Notes under the pieces: model-generated
The model's database searches: none
What the model saw: only the letters and a program-made list of their open reading frames with translations
Told to the model about the DNA's origin: nothing
Position numbers and translations under genes: made by a program
Shown here: in pieces, positions 1-10,054 of the stretch
Numbering within the stretch: position 1 is the stretch's first letter
Layout: every line of letters begins with the position of its first letter
DNA from: Guillardia theta CCMP2712
Lineage: Eukaryota > Protista > Cryptophyta
Direction: 5' to 3'
NCBI RefSeq assembly: GCF_000315625.1
Contig: NW_005434658.1
Span: 826,651-890,650 of the forward strand
Length of the DNA stretch: 64,000 bases

Positions 1-3000
1 TTCCAGCTTCTGGCAGCGCAAGGAGCTCGGAGACGAGGGGCTGCTGGAGGCAGGAAGGAGGAGCGAGCATGCAGTCAAGGCTAACGTCCCCGGAGAGTTC
101 CCTCCTCCCGGCTTCACCCCTCCCTCCATGCCGCAGCCCTCCAGCATCTCCTCTTTCCCCCTCGAGCAGCAGATCCAAACTCTCTCCCTCCTCCCCGACG
201 GCAGCCCCATGACCCTTCAGCTCGTCCGCACCGCCACCGCCTTCCTCTCCGTCACCGTAGGGTTTGACTGCCGGGGGGTACCTCCTCCTCTTCGCCCCTA
301 CCTCGTCCTCCTGCAGGTGGGAGAGGGAGGGGCGAGAAGGAGAGCATGGATTGATTGGAGGAAATGAGAGAAGTTTGTTGGGTTGGGGGAGGGGGGGGGG
401 GGGAGGGGGGAAAGAGTATGGAACAGCAGAGGACTGTAGAGGAGCTCGATGGAACTGGTGCCGGGACTGATGAGACTTGGACAGGAGATTTTGTTCTCAA
501 CGAGGATCGAGGGAGAGGATGGGAGGATTTTGGACAGCAAGGCTGCGGTGAAGGCAAGGCTGGAGGAGACGGTGTCCATGGGCTGCGCCGTTGGATGGTC
601 GGGATCCGGTTTCTTTGCTTCCGTTCTACCCCAACTCGTCTTCGTGTCCGGGGTGAGGAGGAGGAGAGAAGAGGAGGAGACAGCGAGGGGGGAGGGGGGG
701 GGAGGAAGAGGACCGGAAGGGACAGGAGAAGGACGAGGACGAGGACAAGGACGAGGGCGAGGACGAGGAGGTTGTGGATGACTTGGATGGCAGGTGGCGC
801 TGCCGCAGGAAGGAGGGTATGACAAGCTCTGCGACTGGATGAAGAGGATTGTGTACGAGACGAAGATAGACGAGGAGAGAGTGAAGACTTGCCTCAAGAA
901 CCTTCGAAAGGACATCACCTCCTCCCTCAGAGACGGTCTCTCTCGCCTCCTCTCCTTAGTCTACTTCCGTCTGCTCCTGCTACTCTCCTCTCCTTATCTT
1001 TGGCTTACTCCCCTCCTCTTCCGCCTCCCTTATCATTCCTCGCTATTCCGCCTCTCCTCTCCTCCTTTCCTCCTCTCCTCCTCTCCTCCTTCCTGGGGGC
1101 GACGTTCCCTTCCCTCAACCTGCTCGACCTGTCACCCACAGCTAGCTTCGAGCTCGTCGCTTCTCTCCTCCTTTCTTCTCCCTCCTCCTCCTCCTCCTCC
1201 TCCTCCTCCTCCTCCTGATGCTGACTCCCGCCTTCAGGCTCGACCATCTGCAGCAGCGTGCGGATCTACCTCACCAACTCTCAGCTGCAGGACGAGCTCG
1301 GGTCACCTTCCTCGGAGCTGGAGATGAGCAACGTGCGCGCTGTCTCCCTCCTCACCCAGAAGCCCTTCATCGACAAGCTCGCCCGCCAGCTGACGGCCTG
1401 CAGAGACAGCAACTTCACGGGAGGAGGGGACGAAGCGAACGTCTCCTCCTCTTCCTCCTCCTCCTCCCTGTCCGACCGCAGCAAGGGCAACAAGACGGAG
1501 ATCGACAGGATCGTGGAGGATCTGAAGACGCTGAGGAGCCTCATCGTGTCGGAGGAGGAGGAGAGCAACGCGAGATTCGCGCAGATCATCGCCCCTCTGC
1601 CCGCAGAGCACTGCTCCTCCCTTACCGACGACGAGCTTTGTCAGCGTTTCCTCTCGAGCATGCGCACTGGCACCTCGTTCCTCGCCAGCACCGAGAGGCC
1701 CCTGACCCTCTCGGGGCAGGACAAGAGGAGGAAGCGATCGTCCTTAGACGACCCTGGCATGAAGCAGGAGAACAAGGGGAGGAGGAGGAGGAGGGAGAGC
1801 GTCTGCCTCACTCGTGGTCCCCTCCGCAACAACGTCGTCGAGCATGCAGTCGCTGTGTCGCTCAAGGGCATCGACTCTTCCTACCTCGAGCTCGTCATCC
1901 CCTGCTCCCTCCACAAGCTCGACGACGACCTCTTCCCGGTTTGGACTGATCAGCTCCTGCTCCTTCTACCTACTCGCTGCTACCTCCTCCACTCTCCTCT
2001 TCTCCATCCTCTCCTTATCTCTTCCTCAGTCTTTGTCGCTTCTTCTCCTTACTTCTTCCTGTGACGGACAACAGGTGATGCTCTTCGCCGAGCTTCTGTC
2101 TCGGTCGGAAGGCCCCCTCTGGAATCGCATCCGAGGAAAGGGTCTCGCCTATCACTCCCTCCTCGAGGTACCTCCCTCCCTCCTCCCTCCTCCCTCCTCC
2201 CTCCTCCCTCCTCCCTCCTCTCCCTCCCCTTCTGCCCTCTGTCCCCACTCCCTTCAACCTCCTTTCCCCCTTCTACTCAGGTCAGACTCAGATGCCTTCC
2301 TCCTCCCTCCTCCCTCACTTCTCCGCACTTCTCTTTCTGCTCCATCGCTCCTATCCCTCCCACTGAGCTGCCACCCTCCAGGTGCTGCCATGGGCGGGTC
2401 AGCTCTGCTTCTCCCTCGGCGAGTGCACGGCTCCTGCGCAGGCGCTGGAAGAATTTCTCACAATCCTCAAGGAGGTTGAGGAGGAGGTGGAGGAGGCCGA
2501 GCGCCAGGAAGAGGGTAAGTCTGCTCCCTGCTCTGCTCCTCTTTGTGACGCGCAGATGTCAGCAGGTGGGGGCTCAGCTGGGGAAGGAGCCGGGGAGGCA
2601 GCAGGGAAGCACATGAGGAAAGTGCTGGAGGAGTCTAAGGCGTCGCTCCTGTTCTCGGTCCATTCGAGGAGATCGACTCCTTCCTCCTGCGCGAGCCAGG
2701 CAGCCAAGGTCGGAGAGAGGAGGGGGAGAGGAGGGAGGGGAAGGGAGAGGGGAGGCAGAGGGAGGGATGGAGGGGAAGGGAGAGGGGAGGGCAGAGAAGG
2801 GCAGAATAGGAGGAGAGAGGAAGATATATGAGGGTGAGAATGAGAAGATCAGATAGGGCTCGGACTAGAAGAGACGACAGAGACGAGAGGAGTATCGAGG
2901 AGGGAACGAGGAGCGGAGGAAGGGAAGAGGAAGGGAAGGGAGGGGAGGAGCGGAGGAGGAAGGGAGGGGAGGAGCGGAGGAGGAAGGGAGGGGAGGAGGA

Positions 3001-3374
3001 AGGGAGGGGAGGGGAGGAGGAAGGGAGGGGAGGAGCGGAGGAGGGGCTGACGCAGCAGCAGGCCTACTTCTGGGGCGTCACCGAGCCGATGGACGAGATG
3101 GAGAGAGAGACGCAGGCAATCGAGAGCGTGTCGCTTGCTGACCTGCGAAGAGTCTTCAACAGGTTCCCAGCTGCCCAGCTGCGCATGCTGACAAAAATGG
3201 CCAGCTGACCTGAGAACCGATAGGTACTTCAAGAGCTTCCTGGAGCCGGGAAATCGCTGCACCGTCTTGGTGTGCCCGGCAGGGAAGGGGGAGGGGTACG
3301 CGACAGAGCTGGAGGGGCTGCTGGGCCATCCAGTGAAGAGCTGCAAGGTCGCGGATTTCTTTGCTGAGGTCTAG
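1..3374 (+). CDS. Peptidase M16 family metalloprotease (SDD3/C05D11.1-like), 3' part, multi-exon, 5' end outside window
   Basis: Exons read LFAELLSRSEGPLWNRIRGKGLAYHS, matching the C-terminal 'GP(L/F)WxxIRGxGLAY' motif of M16C-like proteins, then 'IESVSLADLRRVFN'. Last exon YFKSFLEPG...DFFAEV ends at TAG 3372-3374. GT-AG introns are filled with GA/CT runs. Confidence 0.75.
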
Positions 3375-3532
3375 GAGGAGGAGGAGAAAGTCAACGGGAG
3401 GGAGGAGAGGCAGGAGGAGGAGGGTGTAGTCAAAGTCTGTAATCTGAGATAGAAAAAACACTCCCTTCCCGCACCAAGTCTGTGACTTGCATCGGGTTTG
3501 CGGGCACAAAAACAGCAGCAGCAACTCCTCCG

Positions 3533-3627
3533 TCACTTGGCTGAGTCTGCTGTGCTCGCAATCGGCCTCCCTGTTAGCATCAGCCTCCTGTACCTGCAGG
3601 ATCTTGAGAAATGAACGAGGAGGAGGA

Positions 3628-3690
<63 letters not shown>

Positions 3691-5194
3691 AGAAGGTAGG
3701 GAAAGGAAGGCAGCGGCAGAAGATACAGGAAGGACGAAAGAGGACGGATGGGCGGCAGGACGGTAGGACTTACTCTGCAGACCTCGACCACGCGTCGAGC
3801 TCGCGGACTCTGGTGACAGGGAGGGGATGGGTCAGCATCTGAGCCGCGTTGCTCATCATTTGCCTGCCAACCCAGGAGCTCGAGCTGGGGAGCAGGTGAG
3901 GGCGATGGGCAGGAGGGAAGCGAGTCGCACCTCTCCTTCTCAAACTCTCGCGCCTGACTCAGAAAGGCGTCCGGGTTGAGCTCGCCGGCAAACGACGCAG
4001 ATCCTCCAGTCAGCTTCATGATGACGGAGACGACGACCCGCGGGTCCTGACAGAAAATGAGGAGGGGAAGAGGTGGGGAGAGAGAGAGAGCAAGGGGGGG
4101 GGGCGGGGAGGACGAGGAGGAAAGGGAAGACGAGGACCAGAGCGAGGACCAGGAGCGAGCAACTGCTGACCTGCGAGACCAGGAGAGAGGCGCGATCGCA
4201 GGACAACTCCGCTGACTGCAGCCAGCGCATGATAGACATTGACATGACCTCCGACAGGACCCTCCCCAGCCCTAATCCACGTCATGTCATGGACGAGAAC
4301 TGGGGCAACCCGCTCCTCCTCCTTGCCTGGCAGCTGCGCAGCGAAGTTGGTGATGATGTTGGCAACCGTGATCCACAGTCCATGCTCGCACTTGAGGTGC
4401 CCGAGCTCGTGTGCGATCACAGCTTGCAGCTCTTGGGGAGACATGAGCTCGATCAACGCGCTGTGGATCACAATGAAGGGCTTCTTCCCCTGCTCGCCGC
4501 CCTCAGCTCACCGAGCTCCAGCACCGCCATGCTGTACCTGCATCGCCATGGTGTAGGCATTGGGAACAGGATTCTGCTTCACGTAGACATCCACGGGAAT
4601 GTCAAGGGCCAGGATTCTCTTGGCTTCCACGAGGCTTTAAAACACTTCAGTTGCTCCCTCCCTCCCTCCCTCCCTCCCTCCCTCCCTCTGCCCCTCCCCT
4701 CCCCTCACCTGTTGTAGATCTTGGGCAGCTGGTTGGGCCCTACCCTGACCCCGCTCGACAGGTTATCCAGGAAGATGGCCTGCTCGATCACCCCCCCCAT
4801 GCCCTGCCTGACCAGGAACTCAAAGGGGAAGAGACGGCGCAAGGCCTCCGTCGCTTGAGTGTCGTAAGGATGACGAAACTGCGAGGGTTCTAACTTGCTC
4901 CATCCAAGCTTGGCGCTGTCAGCCTTGGGGAGGCTGTTGCCCACTGGCTCTGTCTTGTACTGCATCGAGCGAAACATGAGCAGCAGGTCCGAGGGGTCGA
5001 GAATGTACCTTGTCCATCGGCTTCGGTGGTTCCCGACGCCTTAGAGATTCAGAAGCTACAATCTCTTGCCTGAGAACTGATCTGCTTCGCCTTGATATGT
5101 GCGCTCTTGTCGATGGGAAGAAAGCAGGAACATGGAAGCAGGTTGCGCTTGAGACCACGAGCAGGAGGAGGAGGAGACTACAACTTGACCTCAT
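3533..5194 (-). CDS. Peptidase M48 (HtpX/Ste24-like) Zn metalloprotease, probably plastid-targeted
   Basis: HEXXH motif in ELQAVIAHELGHLKCEH, plus 'WLQSAELSCDRASLL' and 'THPLPVTRVREL'. N-terminus MRSSCSLLLLLLVVSSATCF is a signal peptide ending at Phe, followed by a Ser/Arg-rich transit-like stretch. Last exon EYRRLMLTG...SAK*. Confidence 0.85.
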
Positions 5195-5572
5195 CCTCAA
5201 GAAACTCAGCACTGATCAACTCACTCAATCTTGTATCTAGCTTGAATCCGATCAAAGATTCGGGTCTGCTTCCCTCTATCTCTCCTCTCCTCTCCTCTCC
5301 TCGTCTCTCCCCTCCCTCCTCCTCTTCCTTGCTTTCCCTGTGCCTTTATTTATTGGGTTGCAACACCCACCCCAGATTCACTACCCCACATTACATCAAC
5401 ACCTGCCTCCCATAATAATCCCATCACTGCCTCTACCCTACAATTCTACCTTATTTGAACCCCTTCATTCTTCGAAATGGTTACCCTTACCCCCTAATTT
5501 TCCACCACTATGTTACCCCTACCCCCTGATGCACCCCATTCCTTTTTCCCTTTCTAGAGCCTTTTCGTGGCC

Positions 5573-8500
5573 ATGCACGGGGCAACGCTGTGGGTATGCG
5601 GGAAGCGCTTCGACGTGAGCGAGCAAACGATGCGGCATGGCGCGAAGCTCGGCTTCGCTCCCTTCAAGCATGTCCTCTCTCTGATGCCTCCCTCCCACTC
5701 CTCTCCTGCTGTGCCCGCCTGGCAAGCAGAGAAGGGGATGGAGATTCTTCTAGATGAAGACCCAACGCCATGGCCGGTGTGGCTGGAGTTCTTCAGGGCT
5801 GGGAAGATCCCATACTTGGAGGAGAACCTGAGGAATCTGATCATGGAGGCATCGAGGCAGCGAGAACTGGACGTGGTGGTGGATCTGCTCAGCAAACAGC
5901 CTGACGTGCAACGTGGAGAGTTGATGATGATTCTCGCTCAGTCTTCTAGCCCTCCTAACTTGTGCGGGTGGAACATGCAGGGTCTGGACCTCAAGAACCT
6001 CTGCTTCGACGGAGCTCGTCTCGATCGCGCGACCCTCCGCATGGCGACGCTGCGAGGAAGCTCCTTCGTCTCAAGTTCCTGCGCCCAAACCAACTTCAGT
6101 CGCTGTGACCTGAGCGACGCGAACTTGTCCATGTCCACCCTGAGCAGAGCAGACCTGTCGGAAGCGAAGCTATGCAGGGCAGACCTGACGCACGCGAACC
6201 TCACGGAGAGCAACCTGTCGTCCTGCGACCTCTCTGACACCATTCTCAGTGGAGCAAACCTGGGAGGAGCGGATCTGAGCGGAGCGAAGCTCTTCAACTG
6301 CGACCTGAGCAGGACCAGCCTGATGGACGTGAACCTGTCGAAGGCGATGCTACAGCAGGCGAGACTGCAGGGAGCCCAGCTGCAGGGCTGTAACCTCTCC
6401 TATAACGACCTGTCGGACGCCAACCTGGAAGGGGCCAAGTTGGAGGGGGCGGACCTGAGCTACTCGAACCTGAGCCAGTGCAACCTGAGCCAGGCGAGCT
6501 GCTCGCGGATCATGCTGCAGTTCTCTGTGATGACCCGGGCGAGACTCAACGACGGAGACTTCGGGAGTGCCAACTTGTCAGAATGTGACCTGACGCACTC
6601 TCAGCTGTCTTCCAGCTGCTTCGAGGGGGCGGATTTCAGAGACTCGGTGTTGGACGACTGCGACCTCTGTGGCGCGAACTTCAACTACTGCAACATGTTT
6701 GCCTGCAAGATCAACAGAGCTCAAGTCAGTGACGCGCAGTTTGTCAACGCGAACCTGAGCAACGTCAAGTTGAATGCGGCCCGCGTTCTGCGGTCGAACT
6801 TCTCGGAGAGCAACCTGACAGCGTGTGACTTCTCTGGAGCAGTGATGAACGACTCCAACTTCGAACGAGCAAACCTCACAAAGGCAAGGTTTGTCGGGTG
6901 CGAGATGAGGAACGCTAGCTTCCAGCATGCGACTTTCGCCTCCGCTACCTTCTCGGACGTGAAGATGGAAGGAGTCGACCTCACAGGCTGCGACTTGTCC
7001 AGCTGCGATCTCTCCAAGTTGATCTTGTCCGGCTCCAAGCTCGAGAAGTCGAACCTGCACAAGAGCAAGTTGTCAAAGGTCGACCTGAGCAACTGCAACC
7101 TGACCCTGACGGACATGTCGTCGTCGGATCTCCAGAAGGCAGATCTGAGCAGATCACTGTTCTACCGCGCGAACCTGTCCAGCGCGAACTTGAAGAGCAG
7201 CAACATGAACGGCGCAGATCTCTCTCACTGCAACCTCTCCTCGGCGTGTCTTGAGAGAGCATCCCTGTACGGCTCCAAGTTGGAAGGAGCGAACCTGGAG
7301 GGGGCGGACTTCAGCCATTGTGACCTTTCCTTCGCCATGCTGCAGAATTGTAACCTCCGAGGAGCGAACTTCACGGGAGCAAAGCTGACGGGCACAGACT
7401 TCTCGGGCTCAGACCTGGAGGGCGCGATCATGCCCGACATGGAAGGCTACGACCTGCAGGGGGTTTGCCTGTCAGGCACTAGCGGCTTCTTCAAGGACAA
7501 GAGCGCAAGGAGGGCCAACTTGTGCGATGCTGATCTGAGGGGTCAGGAGCTCAGCGGGGTCAACCTGCAGCAGGCAGATCTCTCGTTCGCTGACCTCACC
7601 GGGGCGAACCTGCAAGGGGCGGACCTGACTGGGACGAAGCTCAACGGGACCAACTTGTCGCAGAGCAGGCTTGCAGGAGCTTGCTTCTCCTGTTGGGCGG
7701 AGAGGGACGTGTCGGGGATCAAACTAGCAGGAGCCGAAGGGCTGAGGCTGTCGGGAGTGGACATGAACAACTCGTCCTGGACGGGAGCAGACTTGAGGGG
7801 GGTGAATATGGCAGGGAGTAACTTGAACGAGTGCAACTTCTCGGAAGTGAGCTTCAACGGGGCTGACCTGACTGGCTGCAGCATCTACAACACGAACCTG
7901 ACCAACTGCGACCTCAAAGGCGTGAACCTGAGCAGGGCGAACTTGCAGTATTCTGATCTTAGCCACTCGGCGATGGACGGAGCCACGTTGCCGGAGTGGA
8001 GCTCAGGCTCGTTCGAGGGAGTCGTTTTGACAGGTGCGACGGGAATCAACTTCGTCGGGGCTGACCTTCGCAAGGCGGACTTCTCGCAAGCAGTGCTCAA
8101 GGGCCACGACTTGTCGGCTGCAGACTTGAGCCAGGCGAATCTCCGCAATGCTGATTTCACTGAGTGCAACCTGACGGGGTGTAACTTGACTCAGTCGAAC
8201 CTGTCAGGCTGCAACTTTGACGGAGCCATTCTCTCCGGTGCCATCATCAAGCAGGTCGACCTGTCGACTACCAGACTTAACGGAGCGATCCTCCCCGAGC
8301 TCATCGAGATTGACGTGCACGGGATCAAGCTCCTGGATGCCAGCGGTCGCAGCCTCAAGGGCAAGGACCTCAGGAACTCCAAGTTGTCGGAAGCCGACCT
8401 GTCGCACCAGGACTTCGCCGGCGCTGACTTCTCCGGGTCAAAGTTGTCAAGAGCGAATCTCCGTCAGTCAAAGCTCGACGGCTGTGACCTCTCCAACTGC

Positions 8501-9364
8501 GACCTGTCGAGGAGCATCCTGGAAGGCGCGAGCTTGCAAGGGGCGGTGATCCGAGGCACGGACTTCTCCAACGCGAAGCTGGAGGGAGCGGCGCTGCCGG
8601 CGTGGGTGGAGGTGGACTTTGAGTGCTGCAAGTTTGCGGGGGCCACGGGCCTCAACTTCAAGGACGTGGACCTGAGGAGCTGTAAGTTTGCAAACTCAGA
8701 CTTCCGGGGTCAGGACTTCTCGGGCTCGAAGCTGTCGGGGGTTCAGCTGTCAAAGGCGAACTTGACAGGGTCAAACCTGTCCAGCTGTGACCTGACTGGT
8801 TCCGACATGTCAAAGTGCCACCTAGAGCGGGCAAACTTGCTGGGGGCGGTGCTGAAGGGGAGCGACCTGTCGCAGGCGCGGCTGAAGGGAGCCGTCCTCC
8901 CTGATTGGACCTCGTGCGACCTGACCGGGTTGAAGCTGGCCGGAGCCACAGGCTGCAAGCTGCAGGGGAAGAGCTTCCAGGGCTCTGTGCTCGACCGGGT
9001 GGACTTCCGAGGGCTCGACCTGTCCGGCGCTGACCTGAGGGGCTGCAGCCTGGTGGGAGCGAACATGGGAGGATGCAACTTGACCGGCGCGAGCCTGCAG
9101 GGGTGCAACCTCAAGGGGACGATCCTCACGGACGCGGTGATGAGAGGAGCGGACCTCGATCACGCAGAGTGCTGGCTGCTGGGGTCGTGCGAGGCTGGGC
9201 AGGAGACGAACCTGAGAGGAGCTGACCTCCACGGAGCGAAGCTCTTCAGCTTCCCCTGGGCGATCGGGGCAGGGATGACGGTGCATGCTGCTGCCGGCAC
9301 TAACATACGGACGGTAGAGGACAAGAGGAGGGCACTGGCTCAGGCGGGAGCCAGGAATCTGTAA
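5573..9364 (+). CDS. Large intronless pentapeptide-repeat protein with N-terminal divergent BTB/POZ domain (KCTD9-like architecture)
   Basis: 1263-aa ORF with more than 1000 aa of A(D/N)LSx repeats. The N-terminus TLWVCGKRFDVS...ILLDEDPTPWPVWLEFFRAGKI parallels the KCTD BTB pattern LNVGGxxF...IDRDPxxFxxILxFLRxGKL. Confidence 0.9.
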   Translation: MHGATLWVCGKRFDVSEQTMRHGAKLGFAPFKHVLSLMPPSHSSPAVPAWQAEKGMEILLDEDPTPWPVWLEFFRAGKIPYLEENLRNLIMEASRQRELDVVVDLLSKQPDVQRGELMMILAQSSSPPNLCGWNMQGLDLKNLCFDGARLDRATLRMATLRGSSFVSSSCAQTNFSRCDLSDANLSMSTLSRADLSEAKLCRADLTHANLTESNLSSCDLSDTILSGANLGGADLSGAKLFNCDLSRTSLMDVNLSKAMLQQARLQGAQLQGCNLSYNDLSDANLEGAKLEGADLSYSNLSQCNLSQASCSRIMLQFSVMTRARLNDGDFGSANLSECDLTHSQLSSSCFEGADFRDSVLDDCDLCGANFNYCNMFACKINRAQVSDAQFVNANLSNVKLNAARVLRSNFSESNLTACDFSGAVMNDSNFERANLTKARFVGCEMRNASFQHATFASATFSDVKMEGVDLTGCDLSSCDLSKLILSGSKLEKSNLHKSKLSKVDLSNCNLTLTDMSSSDLQKADLSRSLFYRANLSSANLKSSNMNGADLSHCNLSSACLERASLYGSKLEGANLEGADFSHCDLSFAMLQNCNLRGANFTGAKLTGTDFSGSDLEGAIMPDMEGYDLQGVCLSGTSGFFKDKSARRANLCDADLRGQELSGVNLQQADLSFADLTGANLQGADLTGTKLNGTNLSQSRLAGACFSCWAERDVSGIKLAGAEGLRLSGVDMNNSSWTGADLRGVNMAGSNLNECNFSEVSFNGADLTGCSIYNTNLTNCDLKGVNLSRANLQYSDLSHSAMDGATLPEWSSGSFEGVVLTGATGINFVGADLRKADFSQAVLKGHDLSAADLSQANLRNADFTECNLTGCNLTQSNLSGCNFDGAILSGAIIKQVDLSTTRLNGAILPELIEIDVHGIKLLDASGRSLKGKDLRNSKLSEADLSHQDFAGADFSGSKLSRANLRQSKLDGCDLSNCDLSRSILEGASLQGAVIRGTDFSNAKLEGAALPAWVEVDFECCKFAGATGLNFKDVDLRSCKFANSDFRGQDFSGSKLSGVQLSKANLTGSNLSSCDLTGSDMSKCHLERANLLGAVLKGSDLSQARLKGAVLPDWTSCDLTGLKLAGATGCKLQGKSFQGSVLDRVDFRGLDLSGADLRGCSLVGANMGGCNLTGASLQGCNLKGTILTDAVMRGADLDHAECWLLGSCEAGQETNLRGADLHGAKLFSFPWAIGAGMTVHAAAGTNIRTVEDKRRALAQAGARNL

Positions 9365-10054
9365 AAGCCTCGTAGGCAGGGGGCGTTCTTCAGCTCTCTG
9401 TCCTCCAACTATTTTTCCCTCCCTCTCTCTGCTCCTAACTCTTCTCCCTCACCTTTCTACCGCTCCCGGCTCTCTTGAATTTTCTGAACTATCGATGACT
9501 CTGTGAGCTGAAACCTCCAGCCCCTCGCTCGCTCCCGGGCCACACTGCCTGATCATGGCAGTGACGTCTGATCAACCTCCCGAATAAGCCTCGGAACTTA
9601 CCAGGAGTGGCCGCAGGGGCGGATCATTCTAATCCGCAATGTATCAGCATGGAGTGCCGGGCCCCGGGAAGCAGGGGGTCACGCTGACCGGGCCGGCTGT
9701 GAGTGCCACATTTCCGAACTGAAAAGTTCCGAGGCTCTCAGTGCCGCCTGGCAGTGGTGCCCCGCAGCGCCGGGCCGGGCCCGGACGGTTCAGTGACTGA
9801 CGTCGGCCACTGGGCCCATTCTTTTCAGCTCGAGGAAAAAAACACCCCACCTTGCGAGCGGAAACATCAGGGTAGGGGTTGAAGGGGGTGGTAGTGTTGC
9901 ACGCCTTTTCGAATTGTCGGTGAAGGGCAGGAGCGGCCGGTAAGGAAGCAGGGGGAGATGGTGAGGAGGCGCTGAGAAGAAGAGGAGGGAGCGGGAAGAG
10001 ACGAAGACCTCACTGTAAGAGGAGCCGTAGGATAGGCCTGAGACTCTAGCCAGC

